DNA of 64,000 bases, taken from the human T2T-CHM13v2.0 reference genome, Homo sapiens. The notes under the pieces are model-generated. The model saw nothing but the letters and a program-made list of their open reading frames with translations. It was not told where the DNA came from and did no database searches. The stretch lies in NCBI RefSeq assembly GCF_009914755.1, contig NC_060929.1; one strand, written 5' to 3'. The position numbers were made by a program, and so were the translations under genes. Positions 15,965 through 31,287 of this stretch are shown here, piece by piece; within the stretch, counting starts at the first letter, position 1; each line of letters opens with the position of its first letter.

Positions 15965-16160
15965 GTCGTCAAAGTCATAGAAGCAGAAAGTAGAATGGTA
16001 GTTGCCAGGGGCTGGAGGAAGGGGGAACAGGGGAAAGGGGGACTTGGCTGTTCAATGGGAACAGAGTTGCAGTCATCAAAGATGAAAACGCTCTAGGGAT
16101 CTGCTATACAACAACATGCACGGGAAACAATACTGTACACTTAAAAATTTTCTAAGAGAA
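15965..16160 (+). mobile_element. L1MA/L1MB 3' fragment
   Basis: catagaagcagaaagtagaatggtagttgccaggggctgg...gtacacttaaaaattt. Confidence 0.75.
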
Positions 16161-16995
16161 TAAAACAAAAATAATAACTGGGGGAAGGATACAATTAAAC
16201 TCTCAACAATAAAAGTTTCATATTTTTAGCGAGAAAACGTGGGAAGCAGAGAAGCTGGAAGAGAGGGAAGGAGAGGAGACTGCTGACTTGGTCGTCCTTT
16301 CATTGTCATTGTCGTTGCTATAAGCCGGGGCATCTAACAAGAGCAGCTGGCAGTTCTGATTGACGCCATGGAGTTACCGTAACTGCATCTGGATCTAACG
16401 TGAAGCCAAACTGTGCCCTGCAGAGACTGATTCATCGCAGCAGCAGCACCCTGCGCTAGGAGGCCTGCGAGATGGGACTGCTGCCAACTATTCACAGGGC
16501 TCCCCAATGGGCCTTTGTCCTAAGAGACTCTACTGAAGGAGGATGAAGCTGGCACCAGAGTTTCTTCAGCACAGAAAACAGAGCTCTAGGAAGACAGAGT
16601 AATCATTCCCATTTCTTTCTTTTTTTTTTTTTTTTTTTTAATTTTTCATGCAGTAGAAATGCTACACTCAGAGCACTGTCATCCGGTGAAGACTGAAAGC
16701 CTGTCCTTGGACAACGGCCTGATCTACAGGATTGCAGGGAGGCTCTGCCTCGACAGAGGTCTGGTTCCCCACAGGGAGCCCAGCACCCAGGTTGGGCCTC
16801 AGCACAGAAAGGGGCTCAACACGGACTGACCCAGGAACACACAAACCCCATGTGGCCCTGATGACATGTCAGCTGGGCGAAGTAGACAGCTACTGTGCTG
16901 AAGGCCCTTCTATTTGACGCTTTTATTGACCTCTTATAAAGCCCTGTGGTATGAGGATGTTTTCTGCCATTTCACAGGACAGAGAGGTTCAGATG

Positions 16996-17474
16996 GTATA
17001 GGAGGCTGACTCATAGCTCACAAAGATACCAAGTCACAATCCCTGGAATCCATGATTGTCACTTCAAGTGGAAAAAGGGTCTCTGCTGAGGTGATTAGGT
17101 TAAGAAATGTGAGATGAGAAAATCACACTGGATTATCTAGGTAGGCCCCAAATGCAATCGTAAGTGTACTTACAAGAGGAAGATGGAGAAGTTTGACATA
17201 GACAGAAGAGAAGGTCAGGTGAGCATGAAAACAGATTGCAGTGATGCGGCTGCAAGCCATGGAATGCCCGCAACTCCCAGGAGCTGCAAGAGGCAAGGAA
17301 TGGATCCTTCCTTAGAGACTCCAGAGGGAATGCAGCCCTGCCAACGCTTTGATTTGGGCCCAGTGACACTGACTTCGGACTACTGTCCTTCAGAACTTTA
17401 AGAGAAGATGTTTCTGCTGTTTTGAAACACCAGGTTTGTGGTCATTTATTACAACAGCCACAGAAACAAATGCA
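16996..17474 (+). mobile_element. MLT1 (MLT1D-like) LTR
   Basis: ctggattatctaggtaggccc...agaggcaaggaatggatccttcc...gtttgtggtcatttattacaacagcc. Confidence 0.8.
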
Positions 17475-19327
17475 GTCTATCATGGGGCTTCTCCACAGGT
17501 AGGAAATGGAATGAACTAGCTCAAAAATGAGGCCCTTTAGGCTGGCATTCTTTCTATTCTACTACCTTAATTTTTTTAAAGGACTGAATTCTTGCAATGT
17601 AAAGGTTTCCTGCAATTTGTGAGTATGAAATTTCCACATCTGCATGAATATCAAGCCCATGAGTCAACAGCGGAAACGATCTGTGTGTGAGGGGCCAGGA
17701 GTGAGAAAAAGACAGTTGCAAAGTCTTTCAGCTTTGCCTTTGGCCTTCCACACATGTCTATTCCTTATAACTTGTGCCCAGACTAGGGCCAAATTTGAGG
17801 AAACACTGAAAACACTCAGATGCTCAGCTTGCTTCCTGGGTCCATGTTTAGCTTACTCTACACCAAGATAAAATGGTTGCAGATAAAATGTATGAGTGGC
17901 TTTATGTCCTGAGATTTCCCTGAGGGAGTTCCTGTAGAGGGTGAACATATTACTGTCTATTTAGGAAAACAGGCTCTGCTCTACCAGATATGAGTCAAGG
18001 CAGATAAATAAGAATCATCAAGGACTGATCCACAGACCAACTCTGGCATGAAACCCTGATGCATGGAGATGCCCCACCTCAAGGCAGCCTGGATACGTGT
18101 GTGGTAAACAAGTATCACAACAAGTGCCTGTTTGGGCTGAAATTGGGGAGTTAGGTGTCTGTTCCCTGAAACAGAAAAAAGGAAAGTGAAGATGGAGAGA
18201 GAGGGAAAAAAGGGAGAGAAGGAAAAGTGCATTGAAGAATACAACTGAAATCCACAGATTCACAGAAAGCACTAAGGGCACAAAACCAAATTTGTTTGCC
18301 TTCCTGGAATCTTGGGAAGGAAATATCTTCAAACCTGGAAACACACGAATATAAAACAATCTAAAGATGGTTTACATGATGAGTTTAAAAACTGTAAAGA
18401 CTTATAACTGGATTTCAAGCAGATCCCTAGAACACCATGATAGTAAATCCGTACCAGCTGACATCGCTGGCTTCTAGTTGCCATCAGGGAGGAGATGGGT
18501 GCCTCCCATAGGGCAGGCCTAGATATCCCTGCCAGGACTATAATCCAGGCAGCTCTGATGCACATCAGTCCACACGGACCTCCACCAAAAGCATCCCTCC
18601 ATTTGGGGTGCATTTAGTGAAATTAAATGTCTCTTTGTAACCTCCTGGTGGCTATTTCTGATAAAATCTATCTCATTACATTTAAGTTTATGGGGCTTAA
18701 TTATTCTCAGGAGGGCTTTTCCCAAGTTTACAAAAACTAGCTCGAACAGTGGTACAAGAGGCCCCTCCAAGTATGCAAAAGACTTGAGTCAGATTTGTAA
18801 TACAGTTAAATTACCCAAAAAGCACCTCAGGCCAATTTTTTTTTTTTTTAAACCAAGCTCTTGCTTTTAAACTTAATGTTAAAATTTATTCATTTTTTAT
18901 TATCAACTCATTTTTTAAAATTATTTAACCATCGCTTGCTTTTAAACCCTGAATTAGTTGTTTTTCTTCATTGAGGCAGAGAAAATTTTTACATAAACTA
19001 GTCCATTTTCCAGTGGCCCAGTTTCATCATGTGAGATGTAATAAATATTTAACTGTTATCCTCACTGCAGCCTACTTAAATACCAACGTGGTATTTAAAA
19101 TAGCTCTTAAGACCAAGAGAAAAACCAGCACACACAAACCTTTTACCTACAAGCAGTAGCTACAAAGACAGCACCACCTCAATAAATTATCGTATTGAAA
19201 ACAGCTAAGTCAATGCCTATATTTGCTTCTGTTCAAAGGACTAATTGGCTAATATGCCTACACAAAGATCAGAAATGCAGGGTCTAGAAAATTAAATACC
19301 ATATAAATAAAATCTGAGTATTCTTAC

Positions 19328-19434
19328 CTCTTGTTCTAGACAAAACCATATCCTTTATTATTTGCATAATAACACGCCCAAGTATCATGACGGAAATCAG
19401 GTGATATACTCTCCATGGAGTCAATGCAAGGAAC
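19328..19434 (-). CDS. RETREG1: RETREG1 coding exon 2 (107 nt), hydrophobic reticulon-homology hairpin
   Basis: tgtttcgctgttgcag|G TTC CTT GCA...AGA ACA AGA G|gtaaga; encodes [35 protein letters not shown]. Confidence 0.96.
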
Positions 19435-19539
19435 CTGCAACAGCGAAACACAAATCAGTATTTCAATTTGAGGATTTTTAACCTTTTCAAAATTGGGTTT
19501 ACTTCCTGCCACAGAAACAAAAAAGGTATTCAATAATGA

Positions 19540-19881
<342 letters not shown>

Positions 19882-20233
19882 TGAAAGTTATTTAATAGGC
19901 ATCAAAGTCAGCAAAATGAAAGTGTCTGAGCCTGCGCGCTTTTGTGCTAAGCTTTCTGCTCTACCCTCCAATTTCGGGCAGAGGATTTGCTATCTCAGGC
20001 ATAGACCAAAATATTGCTCCTAGTGCTGGGCTTCTCCAATAGCCGATGGAGAATGGAAGTGACCTGAAACAGAGTTAGGATGGGCTGCAGAGCCAAGCTG
20101 CAGGGCTCTCTAACAGACACGGATGGGCTGCACTACAGAGGCCCTTTAGTCACCACCCTGTCTTGTGTTTTCATTTACGCCCTATTCACTTCTCTAACTA
20201 CTCCCACCCTCGTCTCTTAAAAACAGCAGTTAT

Positions 20234-20566
<333 letters not shown>

Positions 20567-21034
20567 CTAACTCTTTCGCTTTAAGATCATGCTCCCCTTT
20601 TGCTACCTGTCTACCTCCTCTCTGCAGGGAAACAAACTAAAAATTATTGACCGTGAGCAGCACACAAACCCTGCAGTGCTTTTTTTGGGTGTGTTTGTAA
20701 AGAAATCACAAAGAGCGTTGAGCCTTCACATGAGATTAGAGGTCTGTTTACACAAGTTAATTGGCCAAGCTGCCAATGAATATTAACTTTGATAGAATCA
20801 GAACTCATAGAAAAATTAATTTAATAAATGTTTAAGACTGTTTGCAAGGCTATAAAGAGAAGTAAAGAACACACGAATACTGCCTTCTGCAAACTTGCTT
20901 TCTCATCAGACAAACACAGGCCAAGCTCACAAAGTCCAAGGCAGGCAAGGCTTAGGTGTTGTCACAGAAATGTGCAGAGAACAAGGAGAGGCACAGGGAG
21001 AGGGAGGATGGATTCGCTCCAAAGCAGGGAATGG

Positions 21035-21405
<371 letters not shown>

Positions 21406-23552
21406 TAACTGGGTCTGGGGAGGTGGATGCAACTCAGATGAAAATAGAGGCTCCTCCAATTAGAGAATACAACATGAACCAAAGATCAGACTCAGGAAAG
21501 GGTGAGGTACCTGTGGCACATCAAGTAATCTGGGGTGCCTCAGCAGGAAGAGAAAGCAAAAGAAGAGGGTTCAGAGACTGGCAGAGAGACAAGATTGGGG
21601 AGATAGGATCAGGGAAGACTGTGTCAAGCAGAATGCGCAGTAAGTCTTATGCTACAAACAATAGAGAGAAAGTCAAAGGTATAGAGCAGGGAAGTGAAAT
21701 GATGGGTGATTTAGGGAAATGTCTGAGGGCAACAGGAAGGATGTGACGGGGTAGGGAGGAAGCATGGAGTCCAGACCACCTACTAGAAGGTCATGCAGTA
21801 TGTTTGGTGAAAAGCAGATCAACATGAGATGCTGGGTGACGTGGTGGGTAGAGCCCTCCACCAGAAGGTGGCCAACCCAAGCTCTCACTGGTTCAAATGC
21901 TGTTTGTATGGCCTGGGCCAGCAAAATGAGCAGGTGGACTAGGTCAGTGTTTCTTAAATAACAGTCTGCAACTGCTGCCAGGTTGGCTGCCTGGAAAACT
22001 TGTTAAAATGTAGATTCCCAGGCCCCAGGCTCCTCCTCCCAGGCCCCCTGAAACAGGTGGTTTGATTACTAGTATTTGCATCTAATAAATATTTATTGAT
22101 TGCCTAATTGCACCAAGCACTGTGCTACCAAAAGGGAGTGGTGAATTAGGAGCATAGAAAGATGGAACAGACATAAAAGACACAAGTTACAGAATAAAAT
22201 GCCGCAGTCCATGTCTTTAGCAACAATCATTTGTTCCTCCACTAAATTTGTCCCTCCCCTAAGGAGCCACCACTTGCTCTATTTTTGTAGCTCTTGTTTG
22301 TTTTAAGCAAGGTTGCATTCTGGTGTTTGCTTGGTTTGGGGCCAGCCTCCTCACTCTCAATTCAGGATTCATTCTTGCTCTTGTTCATGTGCTGGGTGCT
22401 CCCAGTTTTCCCGACCTCACGTTGAAGTGGCAGATTTCATAGTGACCCACAATAAGAAACTCATTTATATTTACATACATATAAATGAAAAACAAGTTTT
22501 GAAAAATATTTTCCTTACAATTCATAATGCAGTTCAACTTTTTCCATTCAATTCTATTACGCGTTTAAATGCTGACTGTGAATCACTCGCCTGACTCAGG
22601 GCCCACTAATGAGCTGTAATGCGCAGCTCGGCTCACATGGCATGAGACAGAACCTGCAAATGTTCGAACAGCATGCTTCCTTAGAATGGCTTTCTTTGCA
22701 GGGTCAGGCAAAGCCCTAGCACAGACAGAAAGCTCCCTCAAGTTTAAAAGTCTTTGGAGCTGGCCAGGAAGCCATTTAAGCATCTTTTCAAAACCAATGA
22801 AATGCAAAACCAACCAAAGCACAAAGGCCATTAGTTATTCTCTTAGTGGAAGTTACAAACTTCCAAGAATAATAAAAAAGAAAATTAGGTAATGCCAGGA
22901 CTGCAACCCACAGGCCTGGCTGCCAGACTTCATTTGGAAGGCATTGCCACAGCAACTCCAAAGAGCACTCGGGATGTCTGTCTATTCTGTCCTGGGCAAG
23001 GGCCCAGTTGGCATATTGGCCAAGGTCTTGTTGGTCATCGAGAATCCTCGGTCCACTGAGAAGACAAGCCCAGCAATTGCTTAGCAAGGTAATGCCAAAC
23101 TGTATGGGACTACATATTTGATTCTTTGGTGGGTTAGTGTCATATAAACATGTTTGAGAAACGAAACCCTAAGAGAATAATCTGTATTTAGAAAAATCTG
23201 AGCACTTTTGGTACTTTAATTATTTATAATGTTTAAGATGATTTGTCTCAGGGCTCCACTTCAAAATATGTAGCTGAGTAATTTAGACTTGTGATTGGAA
23301 ATTTAAAATCTTACAAACATGAGTTTATTCTTTAGTTTATTCATTTTTCAAGTAGTACCTAATATTTGGGAGGGTTTGTGTTATTAGATGAAGGAATTTT
23401 TAAAAAGTTTTTGTTTTGGTAAACTTCAAACGTACACAAAAAGAGAGGCCAGAGTGTAATAAACCCGGTTTCAACAATTCTCCATTCATGGGTAATCTTG
23501 TTTCTTCCATATTCCCACCCACTAAGCTCATCCTTCCCCCGAAATTATTTGA

Positions 23553-24248
<696 letters not shown>

Positions 24249-24365
24249 AAAAACAAGATATTTTTAACCAAATAACAATACCACCATCACATCTAAAAAA
24301 TTACTTTAATTCTTAATGTCATCGAATATCCCATCAAGGTTCATATTTCCCCACTCATTTTTGTG

Positions 24366-24393
24366 TGCACGCACACACACACACACACACACA
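24366..24393. repeat. (CA)n microsatellite
   Basis: gcacgcacacacacacacacacacaca. Confidence 0.9.
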
Positions 24394-24976
24394 GACTGAA
24401 ACAGGATCTGAGAAAGTCATCTGCTGAAATTGGCAGATGTGGATTTTAAGTGTCCTGGACCCTTATAGGTCCCTTGCTGTCAGGTTCATTTCTCCAATAA
24501 AGTTTTCCAGCTTCTGGGAATCGTTTGTTGTATCCTTGTGATTTGGTTTAACATTTTCCTTGATCTTTTGTGTAGCCTATAAGTTGGCACGTGGATCTAG
24601 AGGCTTGATAAGACTTAGGTTTGTTTTTTTTTTTTTTCCCTCTAAAACCCAAAGATAGGTGGTAGTGCCTGTTTCCATCAAGAGACACGCAGACTGTCTG
24701 GATGTCTTGGTGGCTACACTTGCACTATTGGCAGCCACAGACAATCCCTGTCTAGTGGCTGATTCCTCAGAGGCTACAAGGGGTGACGGCCCTTCACTCC
24801 TGCTTCGAGTAATAGCTGGATCACAGTTATAACGAGAAACTTCCCCTCATCAATGTCCAATTACACTGAGAGGTGGAGCTCGTCGGAAAGGCAGCATCAG
24901 TTCTTGAGTTCTTCCCTTTATTTTACCGGTTTTTTCAAGATAGTGAAGCAGTTCCCTAGTGTCCTCTAAAGGTAAC

Positions 24977-25338
24977 TGATATGGTTTGGCTGTGTCCCCA
25001 CCCAGATCTCATCTTGAATTGTAGCTCTCCTAATTCTCATGTGTTGTGGGAGGGACCCAATGGGAGACAATTGAATCACAGGGGCGGTTTCTCCCATACT
25101 GTTCTCGTGGGAGTGAGTAAGTCTCACGAGATCTGATGGTTTTGTCAGGGGAAACCCCTTTTGCTTAGCTCTCATTCTCTCTTGCCTGCCACGATGTAAG
25201 ACGTGTCTTTCACCTTCCACCATGATTGTGAGGCCTCCTCAGCCACGTGGAACTGTGAGTCCATGAAGCCTCTTTTTCTTTATAAATTACCGAGTGTCGA
25301 GTATGTCTTTATCAGCAGCGTGAAAACAGACTCATACG
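24977..25338 (+). mobile_element. THE1 (MaLR) solo LTR
   Basis: tgatatggtttggctgtgtccccacccagatctcatcttgaattgtagctc...ctttatcagcagcgtgaaaacagact. Confidence 0.93.
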
Positions 25339-26499
25339 TTTTCTTATTCCTTTTTTTCCTGTTATTATGAACTCAAGAGTTTGAACATATTTGACGTGTT
25401 TCAGTCACTGCAGAGTTATCCTTACTGATGCTCCAGCTACCCCGTCTTATTCAGGTCGCCTCTCAGGTCTTTGGCACAACCTTAGTTATTCTGATAATAA
25501 AGTACTTCAAAGGGATATAGAAAATATAACATTTACAAATGCAGTTTAAAATGTTCAAAGGAATATAACTCAACTTTCTAACAAAACTAATCACTTAATA
25601 AAGCAATCATTTATTATTTAATGAAACAGTCAGACTCTCTTGAACACGGTTACAATTTGCTAGATTTATAAACAAAATAATGTTTTGTTAGCTAAAATGG
25701 AAAGCTCAAAGAAAAATGAGTTTTAAGTTTGTAATTTTATAAAATCAAAATTTTTCTTTAAAAAGTAATTGAACAAAATTGTTTCTAACCGATCTTTACA
25801 TGGAAACTGGCCTGTAAGGACATCAAAAAACAATCCCCATCTGCTGGGCGTGGGCGATCCTGACACTGGCACGCTGTGGCATCACTCAGAGAAGGACTGT
25901 CACAGAATCACAGAGCTGGAAGGAGCTCAGAGGTCATCTGATTTACTTTCATCTGATCCACAAATCCCCTCAGCTGCAATCAACCACCTCTACTTAAATA
26001 GATCTCATGCCAGGAAGCTCAACATTTCTTGCAGCATTCAATTTCCGGCAGCATCCTATTATTACTGGGGGAGGCAGGGAATTCTGTTTTCATTCCATTC
26101 ACAGCATCTGTCACACACTGGGCTAGCTGCTGGGAAAACACTGGTGACTAAATCCCAGCCTTCCCCCTGCAAAGCCAGGAAAGCAGACAGGTAAACAACT
26201 GTGTTTAACCAAAGTGCTATTCAGGATGCTGTGGGGGCAGAAAACAGAGCCAGTAACTACATAAAGCAGCCAGAGAAAGCTCTAGAGAAGGTGGCATCTA
26301 AACTTTGACTTCGAAAGACATCTGATTTGGCCAGGTAGAAAAGAGACCAATGCATTCCAGGCTGGGGAACAGGGTACCCAAAGGGAACCGCAAGAGAGCC
26401 ACAAGACTAGAGCCTGAATTAGAGAGGTTACCCTTAACCTTTGTCTCCTCCACTCTGAGGCACAAGTTATGAATTCCAGAACCAAATGCAGGATAAATA

Positions 26500-26715
26500 G
26501 CACAGCTGATTTTCAGTGAGCACAGGACTGTTCTAAGAGCTTTATATGGAGTCACTCATTGAATCCTGTATCCCTTCAGGAAGGGATCGTCATTAAACCT
26601 ATTTTACAGAAGAGCAAAGAGGCTCAGAAACTTGCTCAAGGCCCCAAGACAAAGGAGACGCAGGACCAGGACATGAATCCAGGCAGCCTGGCTCTAAGCC
26701 AGCTCTTGCCATTCT
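26500..26715 (-). mobile_element. MIR
   Basis: cctattttacagaagag...aggctcagaaacttgctcaagg...gaatccaggcagcctggctc. Confidence 0.65.
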
Positions 26716-26839
26716 GCTAAACGGCTGCTGGACACAAGTGTCTGCCTCTTAATCTGCCTGCTCCCACATGAAAAGAGCTGGAAGGACTGGCACCAATTTA
26801 CAGCCTTTTCTTTTTTTATATATTTTAGAGCAGTTTTTA

Positions 26840-27290
26840 GAGCATTCTATGGGTTTTGACAAATGCATAATGACATATATCCACCATTATAGTATCATAC
26901 AGAATAGTTTTCTGGCCGTAAAAGTCCCCTGTCCTCCATCTATTCATCCCTGTCTCGCCCAAGCTCTTGGCAACCACTGATCTTTTGACTGTCTCCATAG
27001 TTTTGCCTTTTCCAGAATGTTCTGTAGTTGTGATCACACAGTATGTGGCTTTTTCCTACTGGTTTCTTTCATTTAGCAAAATGCATTGAAGCTTCCTCTG
27101 AGTGTTTTTGTGGCGTGATAGTACATTCATTTTGATCACTGAATAATATTCCATTATAAGATATACTAAAATTTATCCATTCACCTTTTGAAGGACACCT
27201 TGGTTGCTTCCAATTTTTGGCAATTATGAATAAAGCTGCTATAAACATCCACGTGCAGGATTTTGTATGGACATAAGTTTTCAACTCATT
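26840..27290 (-). mobile_element. L1MB/L1MC-like fragment (sense to gene)
   Basis: Reverse strand encodes ORF2 C-terminal-like KTYVHTKSCTWMFIAALFIIAKNWKQPRCPS. Confidence 0.85.
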
Positions 27291-28855
27291 TTGGCATGGC
27301 TTTTTAAAAAAATTTTAACAGTTCCATCAGCATGCTGGCTGAAGTTGAATTCACAGGCAGTTAAAATCCCCAAGGGTTCTATTTTTCAGATACCATTTTT
27401 GAATCTAAATATGTCCTATGCAGTTTGTTCTTGTTTGACACGTCCTACATTCAAACCTATGGACTTTAGTGGTGACATCAATCACATCTGTTCTCTTGTC
27501 CAGCTTCAGGACACCATGCATGTTCTATCTGGACGTCATCAGTCCTCATCCACACTACTGATCAAAGCTATTGATCGGTACTGGAGTCCTGTCACTCCCT
27601 ATTAGCAGAGTGACCTAGATTACTAGTCAGCAGACAATCCAGTCTGCCACTATGTGCTTGCCCATATCATTCCATCTTATCCACAAAGACAGAATTAGCT
27701 TTTCTGAAACACCTTGCTGACGCCTCCAGCATTCTGAAGGGCTAAGTGTCTATAAGTGCAGATTTGCTTGACTGCTGCTGAAAATTACTTTAAAGTATGT
27801 AATAGTTCTCTGTAGAAGAACTAAATACCATCAGACTCTGCCAAAAACATCATGGGGTGCAGCCTGAGCCAAAGCCCCAGGGTTACCTTGCTGATCTGCC
27901 CATTCACAGAGTCCACAGAAACGTGTGGTAACCATGGAGGAATTCCGAAGGGAAAATAGCCACACACAGGCTGTCAGAGGGCTCTGGAAAGCTGCAGAAT
28001 AATTATCATGAGGGGGAGTGTGGTCAAAGTACAGGCTGCCCAGAAGACCATGAGGGCAGGGCGATCGAGTACAGACTTGGAAGAGGGAGGTCTGTGCATG
28101 TGCGCCATCCTCACTAGAGGGTTGCCTTAATTTTCAAAGCCCAGGATAAGTGAAAATGCAGAGACCTCACCTGGGCTAAGGAAGTCAATAACCCCCTTCC
28201 CAGACAAATGGGGCATCCCCAAGATATTGCAACTTCCACTCCAGGGCATGTTCAGGACCTGGATCCAGGACAGGTGAGAGGCCCGTGCCTAGTCACCCGC
28301 TGAATGCACCACATTGCTGCCAGCCTAGGTGATGACAGTCACCACCTGCCTGGCAGCTGCAGGGCACACAGCCCCTCATGTTCAGGCCTTCTCAAGGGGT
28401 TGACAGCCACAGTGGAACACAAGCCTCCCTGTTGATGCAACTGACCACTGCCCTGGGCAATCACACAGGGTGAGATTGGAAGGGAGAGGCTGGGCAGGGC
28501 CAGGGCAAGAAGTGGGTGGTCAAGAACCCTTTCTCGGGAATGGGGAGATGGAGAGGGAGGCCAGTCGGAGGCAGGACTGCACGTGAGCTGAGGCTCCAAT
28601 CCCCTGTGCATGCTCCACTGCCCCATCACACTTCACTTACAAAACACAAATTCAAAGAACACAGTGATAAGAATCACAAGATGACAACCACAGAGCATTC
28701 ATCCCCAAGTGACGGCCTTCCCCAGGCCCTGTGTGGCTGTCTAGGTCACTCTCCCATGTAGCCAGCCCCATCCTCACTGGATCTTCCAGGTAAGATCCCC
28801 ATCACAGTGACCAATAAAGGCTTTTTTATCCTTAAAATACTTTTTAAGTTCAGAA

Positions 28856-28859
28856 ACAC

Positions 28860-28900
<41 letters not shown>

Positions 28901-28910
28901 CACACACACA
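28856..28910. repeat. (CA)n microsatellite
   Basis: About 18 uninterrupted CA units plus flanking units. Confidence 0.95.
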
Positions 28911-29162
28911 GGACCACTGGCCCTTGTCTTTATCCGAATTAGCCCAGGCACTTGTGACCACATCAATGGATCCTAGAACCCAAGTGATTAGAAGCAATAT
29001 TTCCACCAATCCCTAAGTCTCCAGCCATCACAAACATCTCTCTATAGATTGATGGCCTTTTTATAACCAATTAAAAGAAAAAAAACGATACATTTTTAAA
29101 TTAAAATACCATTTATTTAGTGAGAGTTACATGTTCTTTTAGCTGAATAGAATACAACCTTT

Positions 29163-29312
29163 TAAAATATTTTATTTTATTTTATTTAAAGTTCCAGGGT
29201 ACCTGTGCAGGATGTGCAGGTTTGTTACATAGGTAAACATGTGCCATGGTGGTTTGCTGCACTTATCAACCCATCACCTAGGTATTAAGTCCAGCATGCA
29301 TTAGCTATTTTT
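29163..29312 (-). mobile_element. Short L1PA 3' end
   Basis: gtgcaggtttgttacataggtaaacatgtgccatggtggtttgctgcac; TSD tgaatag(a/g)atacaac. Confidence 0.9.
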
Positions 29313-30530
29313 TGAATAGGATACAACTTTTATCTGAAAAGCGTATTTCAAACTTTGGAAACTAAAGCAAACATTATATATGACCATTAAAATATACATA
29401 TACATATCATGATAGGTAAACATTATATATGACAATTCTATGCTATACATAAATACATAAAGTCTATGTGTATAATAAATACCCCATTTGTCATAGAAAG
29501 ACATACTGTGTGGTTTAGCTACGATTGGAAAGGTACAGTTCTCTAAATCACCATATGCACGTTCTTTTAGCAAGTTAGGGCCTATTTCTATATAGTAATG
29601 TGATGATTGCTCTAAAAAAGAAACCACATCACCCAGGTGACTCATGTTTGGCTTGTGATGACCACGGCCTATATTCGATAAATGTGTCTATTTGCTTTTT
29701 TTCTTACTATTTTTTATTTCTCCTATTTTTTTTTTCTATTCCATTCCCAGATTCAGTAACATTATTTTGAATTTTAATCTGGTTTTCAAGTAACCAACTG
29801 CCTTATCCCACTTGGTATTGACGGGATAGTTTATGGGACTGGTCTCTATTCAGATATCTGGGTCAGGGAAGAATTAAGATCCCTTCCTTATGCTCAGAGA
29901 CAAAGGAGAGTGTCAGGGCAGCAGGTAAAGATGCAGAGAAAGTTTCGAAACTGTCAGGGGAAACCCTCTGCTCATGGTTAAAAAATAAAATAAGAAAAAA
30001 AAAAAAACGGCCTGGGTAATCCCCGGCTTATTTCCATATCAGAACACACCATGATTTTAAGAGGAACATTTTCCTATCAAATTCCAGGCTTTGACGAATA
30101 TCAAAATTAGTCTGCACTGGCCGCTCAGAAGCCCCGAGAGTGAGGGCACTCGTTCCACAAAGATGCCCATCAGGGAAAATGACGGGCTGTCAAAATAATT
30201 TACTCTTGGGTAAGCCAGCATCTTCCCTCTCTCTACATGGATCACTCGGACCCCTGCCATTTGGCCCTTCCTTGTGCCTCTTTGTGCCTTTATTGATTCT
30301 TGAGCATTCCATACCCACATGGAGCTCTAGGTGCGGCTGCTCTGGGCAGACATCTGTGCCTGCTCAGGCTCAGCAATGCAGGAGGTCACAGCAAAGCAGC
30401 CAGGCCAGCCAGAGAGCAGGGACAGGTGCTGGGCTATGTGGACAATTTACACGATGAAAAATAAAGTGAAGGTACTCGAGTGACCTTCTGTTGACCTGCA
30501 CTCAGTGGCTAACTACAAAAAATATTTTTT

Positions 30531-30826
30531 GTCTGAGCACAGTGGCTCACAGCTGTAATCCCAGCACTTTGGGAGGCTGAGGCAGGCGGATCACTTGAGC
30601 CCAGGAGTTCAATCAAGACCAGCCTGGGCAACAATGGTAACACCCCATCTCTACCAAAAATACAAAAAAAAAAAAGTATCAGGGCGTGGTGGCATGCACC
30701 TGTAGTCCCAGATACTAAGGAGGCAGAGGTGGGAGAATCGCCTGAACCCTGGAGCTGGACGTTGCAGTGAGTGAAGATCACGCCAGTGCACTCCAGCCTG
30801 GACGATGGAGCGAGACTCTGTCTCAA
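30531..30826 (+). mobile_element. AluJb-like with TA-rich tail
   Basis: ggatcacttgagcccaggagttc...ccagcctgggcaac. Confidence 0.9.
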
Positions 30827-31287
30827 TATATATATTTTACATATATATAATATACATATGTATAATTTTTTGACTAGTCGTGTATCCATTTGACAAGGAA
30901 AATTTTCCATTACTCCATGATGAGTTTTGCAAGGCCAAATTAAATGGCTTAATAGGATAAATTTCCTATAAAGCAAAGAAAAATAGTTCATACACACGCA
31001 AATCTTGTTTGATAATGGATAAAAAACACAAGACTTAGTTCTTTCCATGTGTAAAAATCTAACCCTCATTTCTGAGTAAAGCACAACCCATTTTGTACTA
31101 TGAAATGAATGCTATCAACAGCTAAAACATATTTTTTTTGTCTTCAAAGAAAGACCATCTATGGATAAAAGCATTGGAACTCTTCAGAGTTCTTATATGG
31201 AAATGAATCTGCATTATTTGCTGTAACTCTTAAAATGGAGATCCAAAAATAGGGTTTCACTTTCTTTTACTGAAATATACATAACTG

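Noticed and set aside
16373-16383. GTTAC-C-GTAAC palindrome resembling an RFX X-box
   Set aside because: Half-site spacing too short for RFX; isolated motif
30509-31084. Longest ORF (191 aa)
   Set aside because: Half is antisense Alu plus TA repeat; no recognisable domain or splice context
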